Shown: piece by piece, positions 9,030 through 17,487 of the stretch
Position numbering within the stretch: position 1 is the first letter of the stretch
Layout of the letters: each line of letters starts with the position of its first letter
Virus record (IMG/VR): IMGVR_UViG_3300033067_000438
Location: 1 to 36,704 of that record
DNA: 36,704 nt
Source of the DNA: a virus
Lineage: Duplodnaviria > Caudoviricetes
Direction: 5' to 3' (one strand)
The notes under the pieces: generated by a model
Seen by the model: only the letters and a program-made list of their open reading frames with translations
Told to the model about the DNA's origin: nothing
The model's database searches: none
Position numbers and translations under genes: made by a program

Positions 9030-9365
9030 CTATCCGGCTGTCTTTTCACCGTCTCCGGTTAATTTTGGTTTGTAAATAATCTTTGGAACCCACCCAGCGA
9101 GTTCATTTTCCGCAACATCATCATCGTCAACAATAAAAAATCCAAACGAAAAATAAGCTTCCCTCGGATCTGGAGATTTTTTATGCCAAACTTCGATAAG
9201 CGTTCCGTCTTTTGGCGCATCACACATTGGCCTAAGTTTTGAAACTGTTAACGTGTCGATTTCTTGCAGTGAATTAATTAATAGCATTCTGACTGACATA
9301 TTAAAAAGATACGATTTTTCTGAATCTAATAACGTTATCAATCTTTCTTCTGTTATGACTTTCAT
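9030..9365 (-). CDS. DUF551-like phage protein
   Basis: RPMCDAPKDGT.I.VW...GW.P pattern in the C-terminal half. Confidence 0.65.
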   Translation of the reverse strand: MKVITEERLITLLDSEKSYLFNMSVRMLLINSLQEIDTLTVSKLRPMCDAPKDGTLIEVWHKKSPDPREAYFSFGFFIVDDDDVAENELAGWVPKIIYKPKLTGDGEKTAG

Positions 9366-9859
9366 TTTGTGTTTTCCGATAGGATTTTACAAATACCATT
9401 AACAAGTTTTTTGTACTCATCAGTTCCATCAAAATAAAAACACGAATTTCCGATCACAAAAGAACATACATTATTTGATTTACCATCATTCTTTAATGGA
9501 CAAGGCAACTCAACCACATTAAGCAAGAATGTTTTCTTTGTTTGTGGTTTTGTCCAGGAAAATTTTCTCCACTCAACATTATCAATATGCTGAACCAAGC
9601 AATCATAAACGTACAAATGCATATCCTCTTTGATGCTGCATTTGTTTCCACCACCCTCAAAGAACTCATCACCAACAAACACCGGCCTCCCTTCAAGTAT
9701 TCCTAGGGCAAATTCATAATCACATTCATTTCCATTAAAATAAGGATACGCACCATCAATCTTCCCAATGTATTTAACACACACAGTTGGTCTAACCCCA
9801 GTCCCTTCACACATATCCAGCACGCGAGCCCATTCTCTATATAAGTCTGATTTTTTCAT
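9362..9859 (-). CDS. hypothetical protein
   Basis: 165-aa ORF, ATGA-coupled to neighbours. Confidence 0.75.
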   Translation of the reverse strand: MKKSDLYREWARVLDMCEGTGVRPTVCVKYIGKIDGAYPYFNGNECDYEFALGILEGRPVFVGDEFFEGGGNKCSIKEDMHLYVYDCLVQHIDNVEWRKFSWTKPQTKKTFLLNVVELPCPLKNDGKSNNVCSFVIGNSCFYFDGTDEYKKLVNGICKILSENTK

Positions 9860-10032
9860 TCTTCTTCTCTCCTTATCCTATTAGCCATCAATCTATAACT
9901 CAAATCCAACTCATCAAAGTTAGCCATGATCTTTTGCTTCTCATACTTTGCTTCTTCAACAGTGCATTCGCAATATTCCCACACCAAGTTGTAATTATCA
10001 ATACTGCTTTGGGGAGGTTTAAACGCTTTCAT
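9856..10032 (-). CDS. hypothetical protein (58 aa)
   Basis: MKAFKPPQSSIDNYNLVWEYCECTVEEAKYEKQKIMANFDELDLSYRLMANRIRREEE fills the gap with ATGA overlaps at both ends; not in ORF track. Confidence 0.7.
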   Translation of the reverse strand: MKAFKPPQSSIDNYNLVWEYCECTVEEAKYEKQKIMANFDELDLSYRLMANRIRREEE

Positions 10033-10235
10033 TTAAGCCTAACAACATACAAAGTATAGCCATACTCACCCATATATGTCTCAAACTTCCATCCACGCTT
10101 ACAAGCAACCATATGAGCAGCAGCCCTTGCTCTTATAACATCATCCTTGCTATCAAGACTAAGCTCCTCTTCCTGCCCAACTTTCATTCCATCAAAAGGA
10201 TACCGTTGTCTTTGTGTTTTATATTGTCTAGTCAT
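10029..10235 (-). CDS. small putative DNA-binding phage protein (YPF..M.VG family)
   Basis: RYPFDGMKVG...RAAAH...KRGWKF...VVRL. Confidence 0.7.
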   Translation of the reverse strand: MTRQYKTQRQRYPFDGMKVGQEEELSLDSKDDVIRARAAAHMVACKRGWKFETYMGEYGYTLYVVRLK

Positions 10236-10241
10236 TAATCA

Positions 10242-10270
10242 AATTATACGCAATTAAATTAATTATGCAA
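10242..10270 (-). promoter_or_regulatory. sigma70-like promoter
   Basis: TTGCAT-N16-TATAAT just upstream of the ATG at 10235 (possibly a leaderless transcript). Confidence 0.5.
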
Positions 10271-10418
10271 GTATTTTAGATAAATACTCAGTTATCATAA
10301 TTAACACACCAAAACCCCAAAACATTACAATACCGCATACCAAAATAATACCTACAGCACGGTCTGAATTTCTTTTTCTTATAATCTCTTCTAACTGCAA
10401 TTTTTCTAGTTCATTCAT
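10263..10418 (-). CDS. small membrane protein (51 aa)
   Basis: MNELEKLQLEEIIRKRNSDRAVGIILVCGIVMFWGFGVLIMITEYLSKILA with GGGAG SD; not in ORF track. Confidence 0.7.
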   Translation of the reverse strand: MNELEKLQLEEIIRKRNSDRAVGIILVCGIVMFWGFGVLIMITEYLSKILA

Positions 10419-10455
10419 TTTAATCTCCCGGTTAGTTATAGCTATCTAAAAATTA

Positions 10456-10483
10456 ATTATACTATTACACAATTACATGTCAA
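10456..10483 (-). promoter_or_regulatory. strong leftward sigma70 promoter
   Basis: Perfect hexamers TTGACA-N16-TATAAT. Confidence 0.8.
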
Positions 10484-10847
10484 CAGTTATTTAATAACAT
10501 AACTGAAAAAGTACACATAAAACACATAACATAATGATTTTAATACTGAATACTTAATTTATTTTTGAGTGATACTTTGAGATTTTACCAGTTCAACTGA
10601 AATTCATTTTATATATCATTGGTTTACAACTGCTAGTCAAATAGTAATTTTTCCAAATATAATAAAAAAAAGATTTTTAGACGTAAAAAAAAGATATGTT
10701 TAAATATCTTATATTTAAATGTACTTCTCCCTATATATCTCTTTATATAGAGTATTATAATAAAGGGTATTTAAAGAAAATGAAAAAATCTTGCAGTAAG
10801 TCTACACGCGCTTATCCATTGGGTTTTAGCGATTCAACTGGTAAAAT
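10484..10847. other. candidate replication origin (AT-rich, repeated AACTG motifs, inverted repeat)
   Basis: Non-coding and very AT-rich. 12-bp inverted repeat ATTTTACCAGTT (10582-10593) / AACTGGTAAAAT (10836-10847); palindrome CAGTT-C-AACTG (10589-10599). Confidence 0.4.
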
Positions 10848-11128
10848 ATGACTGCTTTCAGTCACTATTTTAACTCACAGTATAATTCAACTATTGCTAA
10901 TCAAAACTACCATTCCACATCATTATCATCTACCGGCTCTCGACTACAGGCTTGCTGATGGCCCCGCCGCACCCTACCTTCGTTTCACAGCTAGACGTAT
11001 GGATTGCCACACCACCACGTTTTGTTCCTCTTGGCATGGTATCCCTACCACCCTCACAGGGAGATTTCCCCGACCCGTTGCATATTTGATAATTATTGGA
11101 ACAACCAAAACACGTACTTTCATACGCC
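10843..11128 (-). ncRNA. candidate ~280-nt G-rich non-coding RNA
   Basis: GC-rich island bounded by TTGCAA-N17-TAGCCT upstream and hairpin TGACTG-AAAG-CAGTCA + TATTTT downstream. Internal hairpins CGTAT-GAAA-GTACG and GTGTGG-CAAT-CCATAC. Confidence 0.5.
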
Positions 11129-11178
11129 ACCATAGGCTACACTAACAAAAACAATATTGCAATATTATTTTATGAAAC

Positions 11179-11207
11179 TTGATATTTGCATTAATTTAAT
11201 CTATAAT
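11179..11207 (+). promoter_or_regulatory. rightward sigma70 promoter
   Basis: TTGATA-N17-TATAAT upstream of GGAG SD and ATG 11236. Confidence 0.7.
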
Positions 11208-11235
11208 TAAAGTCCACAAACAAAATGGAGTTGTC

Positions 11236-11625
11236 ATGAAAGAAAAGAAATTTAACTATGCTGCACAAAATTACGATCAAAGCATTGAGCTTTATGTTGC
11301 TCTCCCTGACATCAATGAAAGAGCCGGATTCTGGCAAAGCGAATATGATTCAAAATTAATCCACAGTAGAGCGGAAGATTATGTTCCTGATTGGCGTAAT
11401 CGTATTGTTAATTTAAAAACACACCATTATAAAATTGTTGATGGATTATTAATCTCAGAAAGTAAAAGAGGTGGATTAAGAACTGGTAGCGGAAGAAAGA
11501 GAATTGATGAAGAATTAAAAAGAAAAAATGTAACAGTATCATTATCTAATTATGCTATAGAGATATTAAATAAAAATAACAATAAATCAAAATTTATTGA
11601 AGAATTAATATTAAAATCATGTTGA
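11236..11625 (+). CDS. two-domain protein with a C-terminal ribbon-helix-helix-like DNA-binding region
   Basis: C-terminal RGGLRTGSGRK...KNVTVSLS...KSKFIEELI; N-terminal domain shared with 13682..14176. Confidence 0.7.
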   Translation: MKEKKFNYAAQNYDQSIELYVALPDINERAGFWQSEYDSKLIHSRAEDYVPDWRNRIVNLKTHHYKIVDGLLISESKRGGLRTGSGRKRIDEELKRKNVTVSLSNYAIEILNKNNNKSKFIEELILKSC

Positions 11626-11649
11626 CATCACACAAAATTAGTGGATAAT
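11622..11649 (+). promoter_or_regulatory. sigma70-like promoter
   Basis: TTGACA-N16-GATAAT. Confidence 0.55.
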
Positions 11650-11683
11650 TGAATTTGTATTACAAACAAACAGGACAAACAAA

Positions 11684-11938
11684 ATGAAAATATACAAAAT
11701 AAGCCAAAGACAGAACAATGATTATGATACATATGATTCAGCAGTTGTAATCGCTGAGAATGAAGATCAAGCAAGAAACATTAACCCTGATAAAGATAAT
11801 GATTTGTTTATCAAAGATTGGAGCAATATGTGTTGGACTTGGTGTAATGGACCTAAGCATGTAACAGTTGAATATATTGGTGAAGCAAAAGAAGGGTCAG
11901 AAGTAGGTATTGTGTGTGCATCATTTAATGCGGGTTAA
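11684..11938 (+). CDS. conserved phage hypothetical protein
   Basis: YDTYDSAVV.AENE..AR.I.P...YIGEA...IVCASFNAG pattern common in phages. Confidence 0.8.
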   Translation: MKIYKISQRQNNDYDTYDSAVVIAENEDQARNINPDKDNDLFIKDWSNMCWTWCNGPKHVTVEYIGEAKEGSEVGIVCASFNAG

Positions 11939-11947
11939 GGAGATAAA

Positions 11948-12457
11948 ATGAACATAACAGACAAACAAGTAATTGAACACGTATCAAAGAAAAGCAAGAA
12001 TCCACATGCCGCGATGATGGTTGAGTGGTTGTTGACAGGGAAGGAAGTGTTGTATCGTGGATGCAAGGTAACCAATCCATCATGGCTTCCAGATAACAAA
12101 TACGAATTCAAATCAAAACAAAAACCTGCGTATCGGGTTTATATTGATCCAAACAAGATCACTCTAACCATTGATAGATATACCGATGGAACATACTCAA
12201 GCGAACTACCAGAAGATTGTATCTGGTTATCTGATTGGGTTGAGTATGATACAGAACAAGCCAAGCAATGGCCATCAGAACTTGTTGAACGCATATCAAA
12301 GATCAACCTTGAAGCAGCAGAATGGTTGCGTGATAATTGGGATGATATTAAGAAAGAATGTAGAGATGCAAAAAGATTAGATTGCTTAATGATATGGTAT
12401 TCAAAACCACAAGGAAACAAATACTGGCAAGAAATATCCAAACAACTAGGAGAATAA
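11948..12457 (+). CDS. modular hypothetical protein
   Basis: 169 aa, AAGGAG SD, contains the PHA module. Confidence 0.8.
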   Translation: MNITDKQVIEHVSKKSKNPHAAMMVEWLLTGKEVLYRGCKVTNPSWLPDNKYEFKSKQKPAYRVYIDPNKITLTIDRYTDGTYSSELPEDCIWLSDWVEYDTEQAKQWPSELVERISKINLEAAEWLRDNWDDIKKECRDAKRLDCLMIWYSKPQGNKYWQEISKQLGE

Positions 12458-12459
12458 GA

Positions 12460-12609
12460 ATGCAAAAATCAATCGCACAATATGAATGGTTCAAAGCAAT
12501 ACTATGGTCAGTAATTGCCGTAACTGTGATCATTGGCGTAACTGGAAGGATGGCGCAAGAAGAAGAATCACTCAAAGCAGAACAACAACATAAAATGGAG
12601 CGTATGTAA
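12460..12609 (+). CDS. small membrane protein
   Basis: ATG 12460 after AGGAG; single TM segment AILWSVIAVTVIIGV. Confidence 0.65.
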   Translation: MQKSIAQYEWFKAILWSVIAVTVIIGVTGRMAQEEESLKAEQQHKMERM

Positions 12610-12974
12610 TGGAAGAACTAATCAACAAAGTAGAACAATGGGCGCATGATCAAAATATCATAAATGGTTCTGACTCAAAAACACAGATGTTGAAATTAAT
12701 ATCTGAAATTGGAGAACTTGCAGACAACATCAATAAAGGCCGTGATTGCCGTGATGATATTGGTGATTGCCTGGTTGTGTTGACAATTATTGCAGCACAA
12801 CAAGGAATAACATTAATGGATTGTTTGTCTGTTGCCTACAACGATATTAAACAGCGTAAAGGAGTGCTTTACGATGGGGTATTTATTAAAGATACTGACG
12901 ATGCTTATGATGATGCGGTTAAAATGATTGCATCTAGATTGAATTTACCACAATCACTACAGGAGCAAGCATGA
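12609..12974 (+). CDS. MazG-like nucleotide pyrophosphohydrolase
   Basis: QMLKLISEIGELA...DDIGDCLVVL...AYNDIKQRKG. Confidence 0.88.
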   Translation: MEELINKVEQWAHDQNIINGSDSKTQMLKLISEIGELADNINKGRDCRDDIGDCLVVLTIIAAQQGITLMDCLSVAYNDIKQRKGVLYDGVFIKDTDDAYDDAVKMIASRLNLPQSLQEQA

Positions 12975-13210
12975 AAACAATAGAGCCAGATGATGTTGTG
13001 GCAGAAATGCCAGATATAGATCATGTTGCGTCTCAAGCTGCGGTTGCGTGCTTAATGGATATGATAACAAGCAAGGAAGATGTTGTTAAATCTTCAGCAA
13101 AGATAGCGGTTATCTTCTGCATGGGCGCGCAATACGCAATGAAACACATGGAGTCTAAGAAAGCGGCAGACGAACTTTTAAAAGGATATCAAAATGCGAA
13201 AATTGACTAG
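12971..13210 (+). CDS. hypothetical protein
   Basis: 79 aa, AGGAG SD, coupled to neighbours. Confidence 0.7.
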   Translation: MKTIEPDDVVAEMPDIDHVASQAAVACLMDMITSKEDVVKSSAKIAVIFCMGAQYAMKHMESKKAADELLKGYQNAKID

Positions 13211-13523
13211 GGAACAGATGAGAGATTGTGGATGCAATGCATTTAGTGAGATTATTCTTGAAGGAAATAAATCTGCATTTAAAGATATTGATGCATTCCT
13301 TAAACAAGAAAAATCCAAACTACCACTTGAAGCACAGATACACCTTGACTATCTAACCTGCCACAAAGATGTTTTGTTTGAGATAACATTCATCGACAAG
13401 GAAGAAAAGAAAGAAAGCATTACTGATGGATTGCATGCATCTGGATATGGACCTTCCTTTCAAGAAGGATATAGAAAAGCATTGCATGATGTGAGGGCAA
13501 AAGAAAATGCCAAAACCAAATGA
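13194..13523 (+). CDS. hypothetical protein
   Basis: 109 aa, coupled to neighbours. Confidence 0.7.
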   Translation: MRKLTREQMRDCGCNAFSEIILEGNKSAFKDIDAFLKQEKSKLPLEAQIHLDYLTCHKDVLFEITFIDKEEKKESITDGLHASGYGPSFQEGYRKALHDVRAKENAKTK

Positions 13524-13689
13524 GATACGCATAGAGCGCGTAAATGCTCGTATCACACAAAAGAAAGCAGCTAAACTAGCTAATGTACATATTAACACTT
13601 GGCACAATTGGGAAACAGGGAAGTCAAGAATGCCTGAAGCTATATTTAACTATTTTAAAGTAATAATAAACGGAGGTTGTAATGTTTAA
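13507..13689 (+). CDS. XRE-family HTH regulator
   Basis: EIRIER..ARITQKKAAKLANVHINTWHNWETG..RMP. Confidence 0.85.
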   Translation: MPKPNEIRIERVNARITQKKAAKLANVHINTWHNWETGKSRMPEAIFNYFKVIINGGCNV

Positions 13690-14176
13690 TTTTGGATTTA
13701 AGTATCTGGCGCAAGATAAAAATGGCGATATATGTTTTTTCAGAAGTGAGCCGATTACTATTAAAGGAAAATGGTTTTGTGATGAATACTTCTGCGTATT
13801 AGAAGGACGTAATTCAATAAATGACTGGCAACAACGAATCGTAAACTTAGAAGCACACTGGTTTAAGATCGAAGATGGGTTGCTGGTTCAGACAAATAAA
13901 CGTCCACATGCGGACTTAGCTGTTAAGTATTTTCTTGATGATAATGTTGAGGTTGAGTATTTTGAACATCCTGAATGGGAATATACAAATGAACCGGTAT
14001 TTGATGTTAATTGTAAATACCGAGAAAAACCAAAACCTACACCAGAAAAAGAAATCTGGTATAGGAATTATTTGGATGATGACGGCAGCATTAAAGTATT
14101 AACAAGCAATATAAGTGTTGGATGGCCACCTGTACAATATATATCCAAACCCAAGAAACTAAAAATCAAGCCTTAA
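13682..14176 (+). CDS. modular hypothetical protein
   Basis: GGAGG SD; YLAQD.NG domain followed by the RPHAD module. Confidence 0.75.
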   Translation: MFNFGFKYLAQDKNGDICFFRSEPITIKGKWFCDEYFCVLEGRNSINDWQQRIVNLEAHWFKIEDGLLVQTNKRPHADLAVKYFLDDNVEVEYFEHPEWEYTNEPVFDVNCKYREKPKPTPEKEIWYRNYLDDDGSIKVLTSNISVGWPPVQYISKPKKLKIKP

Positions 14177-15605
14177 ATATCACCCTAGTCAAGCCGGATC
14201 TGTGTTTTATTTCCATGTCCTTAATATACACAGATCCTCTCTCGGCTAACAAATCAATAGCATCGTTAACCAATGCCTTCTTAGATCTGTATTTGTTTAC
14301 TATCTTTCCTACAGTGATACCTTGATCTCCAATGCTGCACATAATCTTTGCGGCCATAGCAGACACCGGATCGGACTTCTCTTTAACATTAGAATAGGCT
14401 AGAAGCGTTTTATATTCGATGTCCCTACGGACATATTCAACCGCCCAATTAACATGCTCTAATGTTCGCTCTGTGCCACCCATAGCTAGGATAAATGATA
14501 CCTTCTCCATCATTTCATAACCGCGTCGCACAACTGCTTCAAATCCAGTATGCTCAGTATGCTTGTCTGCTTCATCAAAAACCCAATCTGACGCATCATC
14601 CAATGCTCTTTTGGCTTCTTGTGTTGTGGTGATTACTGTTTTCTCTCCACGCGATTCAACACGGTTATCAAACATATTGTATTCACCATTAGCGCACAAT
14701 CCGCGTATCTTGAACTTGAGTGATTCGGGCATTTCAGGACATTCAAAGTTTTTCTTCGGCCTTGGATTGGTGTTTGGTTCGTTGATTAATAATGCCCTAC
14801 CAAGAAACCCGCTTGTGACAGATTCAAATGATACGCAACTATTAAATATATGTGGTTCGCTGAATGAATTTATTGATAAAAATGGATTCTTCAAACCCTT
14901 ATCAATGTCATTCATGGATTCTTGAATTGACTTTATTCTTGCTTCTATTGCTGGGGATGATTTTCCTTGATCCAACTTCTTATTTAATGCAGCCATTTCT
15001 TTGTTGAGCTTTTCTTTGACATCATCCCTCAAATCTCCTGATAGCAGGAATCTACCGCTGGCTTTGCTATATGCTGATAACAACATGCCTAGTACGCCTT
15101 GCAAGTATGCTGCCCCACCGGATTTATGAGAGCTTTCAAGCTGCCTCAAGAAATGACCAACCTCATCAATGTTGTAGAGTGCCGATTGATGGCGCAGTAA
15201 GTTCCTAACAATTTCTTGCTCAGACTTTATCTTGCCATGCACTGCACCTGACATACCGGCTTCAATCATTAATTCGTTGAATGCCTGGAATACTGAGTCT
15301 TTACCGGCGCTTGACCCGGCTATCCCGAATGCAAAAAGATTACTTGATAGTTTTTGATTGTCAATAACGTGGTTTAATCCTCCTATATTGCCAACTGCCA
15401 CCAATGCTGATAGTGGCGCTAAATGCTCCATAGGAAAGCGGCATTGACTGTTAATATAGTCAGTTACCTCACCGACTAATCCAGGCGGGTGCTTTAGGTC
15501 AAGGGTTGGTTTCCATATATCTTTTTTTGTTGCTTCTTGTTGATCATCGCCAAAGTATCGGCGGGCTAGTTCATCCAGCTTGTTTTGCAGGGTTTCTTTT
15601 GTCAT
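14166..15605 (-). CDS. primase-associated helicase (DUF3987-like P-loop domain)
   Basis: PPGLVGEV..YI; Walker A-like AGSSAGKD; Walker B YNIDEVG; SGFLGRAL. Lies downstream of a primase zinc-finger gene. Confidence 0.75.
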   Translation of the reverse strand: MTKETLQNKLDELARRYFGDDQQEATKKDIWKPTLDLKHPPGLVGEVTDYINSQCRFPMEHLAPLSALVAVGNIGGLNHVIDNQKLSSNLFAFGIAGSSAGKDSVFQAFNELMIEAGMSGAVHGKIKSEQEIVRNLLRHQSALYNIDEVGHFLRQLESSHKSGGAAYLQGVLGMLLSAYSKASGRFLLSGDLRDDVKEKLNKEMAALNKKLDQGKSSPAIEARIKSIQESMNDIDKGLKNPFLSINSFSEPHIFNSCVSFESVTSGFLGRALLINEPNTNPRPKKNFECPEMPESLKFKIRGLCANGEYNMFDNRVESRGEKTVITTTQEAKRALDDASDWVFDEADKHTEHTGFEAVVRRGYEMMEKVSFILAMGGTERTLEHVNWAVEYVRRDIEYKTLLAYSNVKEKSDPVSAMAAKIMCSIGDQGITVGKIVNKYRSKKALVNDAIDLLAERGSVYIKDMEIKHRSGLTRVIFKA

Positions 15606-16190
15606 TTATACAGAACCACATTGATTTGCCATAGCATTAGCTATACCTTGAAATGTACGGCTTCTACCTTTTGCATTGGTTTTTGCATACCATTTTGAAT
15701 TTGATACAGAACCATCTTTTCTTGTATATCTTTCGCCATGATTATCCATTATTTTTGTTGGTATTAAATACGGTAAATTTTTTAGCCACAAACAAGTTCT
15801 TTTTGATAGTTCATGCCCAAATTGCCAGGGTTGAATGATTTAATTGTATTTTGGCAAATCCGCATATTTGTGTGGAATTGGATTTTCTACACATATCATT
15901 CTGATATCTGAATTCAAAAAACGTAAGAACATTTCTCTACCATCTTTCATAAGATCCCATCTTTCGGGACGTATATGCAAATAATGTGCACCTGGTACAC
16001 ATAGATAAGTGCAAGGAGGATGAGCTATCATCAAATCAAAGCCATCATTGATAATATCAAATACATTACCTTGATAATGTTTGCCAGGTCTTTCACTCGG
16101 GAAAAGATCACAACTTATTGCATCGTGCCCTTTTGCTGTAAAAGCGTCACGAACAATGCCACTGAATTCACATGCCACAAGAACTCTCAT
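15606..16190 (-). pseudogene. phage C5-cytosine DNA methyltransferase-like gene interrupted by one in-frame TAA (15840-15842)
   Basis: MRVLVACEFSG, HPPC and ENP motifs before the stop. IIQPWQFGH..KRTCLWLKNLP...RSRTFQGIA.AMA continues in the same frame after it. Confidence 0.8.
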
Positions 16191-16621
16191 CTAATTATCC
16201 TCTTAGTATATTCCAAAGAAGCATTAATACGACTAACCGCTAATTTTAGCCGATCATGCTCATCGGTTGTTATTGATCCATTGTTAAGCATATCATTGCT
16301 TATGATGTGAACTACAAGCGTTTCAAACGCCAGTCCCTCTAATACTTGTGGTGACTCATGATAAAGTCTTTTCTGCCTTGGTTGTGATGCATCGTAATTA
16401 TCTGATGGCGGGAATAAATCAGTTATCTCAAACCCAATTGAATCACATATGGACTGTGCTGAACATCCCTGTGAAAAGCATCGCAACAGAATAGTACCAT
16501 TGTCATCTTTGATGGATAATGACGGATGCTTCTCACCGCAAGCAGGGCAACAAGCCATCCATCTATTGCCACCACGCGAACGAACCTTATCAAGTCTTAC
16601 TAGGAATGTTTCGATTGTCAT
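16187..16621 (-). CDS. primase CHC2-type zinc-binding domain protein
   Basis: WMACCPACGEKHPSLSI...LLRCFSQGC; no TOPRIM domain follows. Confidence 0.8.
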   Translation of the reverse strand: MTIETFLVRLDKVRSRGGNRWMACCPACGEKHPSLSIKDDNGTILLRCFSQGCSAQSICDSIGFEITDLFPPSDNYDASQPRQKRLYHESPQVLEGLAFETLVVHIISNDMLNNGSITTDEHDRLKLAVSRINASLEYTKRIIR

Positions 16622-16862
16622 TCTCTGTTTTCTTTATCCATTCGCGTATTGTTGATAATTTCCAAATATTATTCTTGTTTGGATAATTTCTCATTTTAGA
16701 ATTTAATGAAGCATCAGGTTTGGGTATAATGCCACGCTGATAAGCTAAAGTTATAGAGCTGGAGTTTTTATATCCAAATATCTTAGCAACATCACGACTA
16801 TTCAGGTTTGCATCATCAGGTAAGTCTTTAAAATACTCGGGTATTTTTGGTTTTTGTTTCAT
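16590..16862 (-). CDS. AlpA/excisionase-like winged-HTH protein
   Basis: LPDDANLNSRDVAKIFG...GIIPKP...WKLSTIREW. Confidence 0.7.
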   Translation of the reverse strand: MKQKPKIPEYFKDLPDDANLNSRDVAKIFGYKNSSSITLAYQRGIIPKPDASLNSKMRNYPNKNNIWKLSTIREWIKKTENDNRNIPSKT

Positions 16863-16867
16863 TGTTG

Positions 16868-17227
16868 TTACTCCACAATAACTTCAATTTTATGCTCATT
16901 TTCTACACCATAAAATTCTATGTTACCTGCATTTTTCTCAAACCATTTTGAGATGTGGTCTTGAAGATCATTAATTTGATCCTTGGTAAGATCAGATAAA
17001 TAATCTTCTGCAACCTCTCCGCACTCATCATATGCGCGTTCCTTAATTGACTCTATAATGTAGCGTGAGTTAATAAAATCACTATGCTTAAAACGTTTTG
17101 CATTGGCTTCCCATATTTCTACTTTGTCTCCAACTGCATGATATTCTTTTAGATTATCCATGACAGTACAATAGTCATAATAAAGTTCGTTGTTTGTTGA
17201 ATAACATAAATCTTCTTTATTTTGCAT
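16868..17227 (-). CDS. hypothetical protein
   Basis: 119-aa acidic ORF. Confidence 0.75.
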   Translation of the reverse strand: MQNKEDLCYSTNNELYYDYCTVMDNLKEYHAVGDKVEIWEANAKRFKHSDFINSRYIIESIKERAYDECGEVAEDYLSDLTKDQINDLQDHISKWFEKNAGNIEFYGVENEHKIEVIVE

Positions 17228-17390
17228 TTTCTTTTTTCTCCAAATAAGTCGATAGTTTTTCTATTGTTGAATACTTTGCATCAGATCCATTTACGAATCT
17301 ATACAACACCCTATAACTAACGCCAGAGTTCTTTGACACGGCTGTAAGATTGCAATCTTTTAATTTATTCTTTATTTCTTGAGGGGTCAT
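17217..17390 (-). CDS. Cro-like HTH regulator (57 aa)
   Basis: MTPQEIKNKLKDCNLTAVSKNSGVSYRVLYRFVNGSDAKYSTIEKLSTYLEKKENAK with AGGT SD; first gene of the leftward unit at a divergence point; not in ORF track. Confidence 0.8.
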   Translation of the reverse strand: MTPQEIKNKLKDCNLTAVSKNSGVSYRVLYRFVNGSDAKYSTIEKLSTYLEKKENAK

Positions 17391-17487
17391 AATTTTACCT
17401 ATTCATTAAATAATTTTGCAAAAGAGTTGACATATTATCCTATGTTGTGAAACAATTCAATTGTTAATTTTATTTGGAGATAAAGAA
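17391..17487. promoter_or_regulatory. divergent promoter region
   Basis: Intergenic between divergent operons; TTGACA at 17427-17432 on plus, GATAAT on minus. Confidence 0.5.

Noticed and set aside
10812-10820. DnaA box TTATCCATT
   Set aside because: Single 7/9 match to TTATCCACA, expected by chance in AT-rich DNA
10900-11030. RNase P RNA or group II intron resemblance (GTGAAA..GGGTGCGG, AGCAAG, TAGATGA.AATGA, GAGAGCCG)
   Set aside because: The P4 signatures GAGGAAAGTCC/ACAGAA and a domain V helix are absent; matches are short
10894-11145. ORFs 10894..11145 (+) and 10930..11133 (-)
   Set aside because: No SD, mutually overlapping and of odd composition; the minus ATG abuts the predicted -10 box
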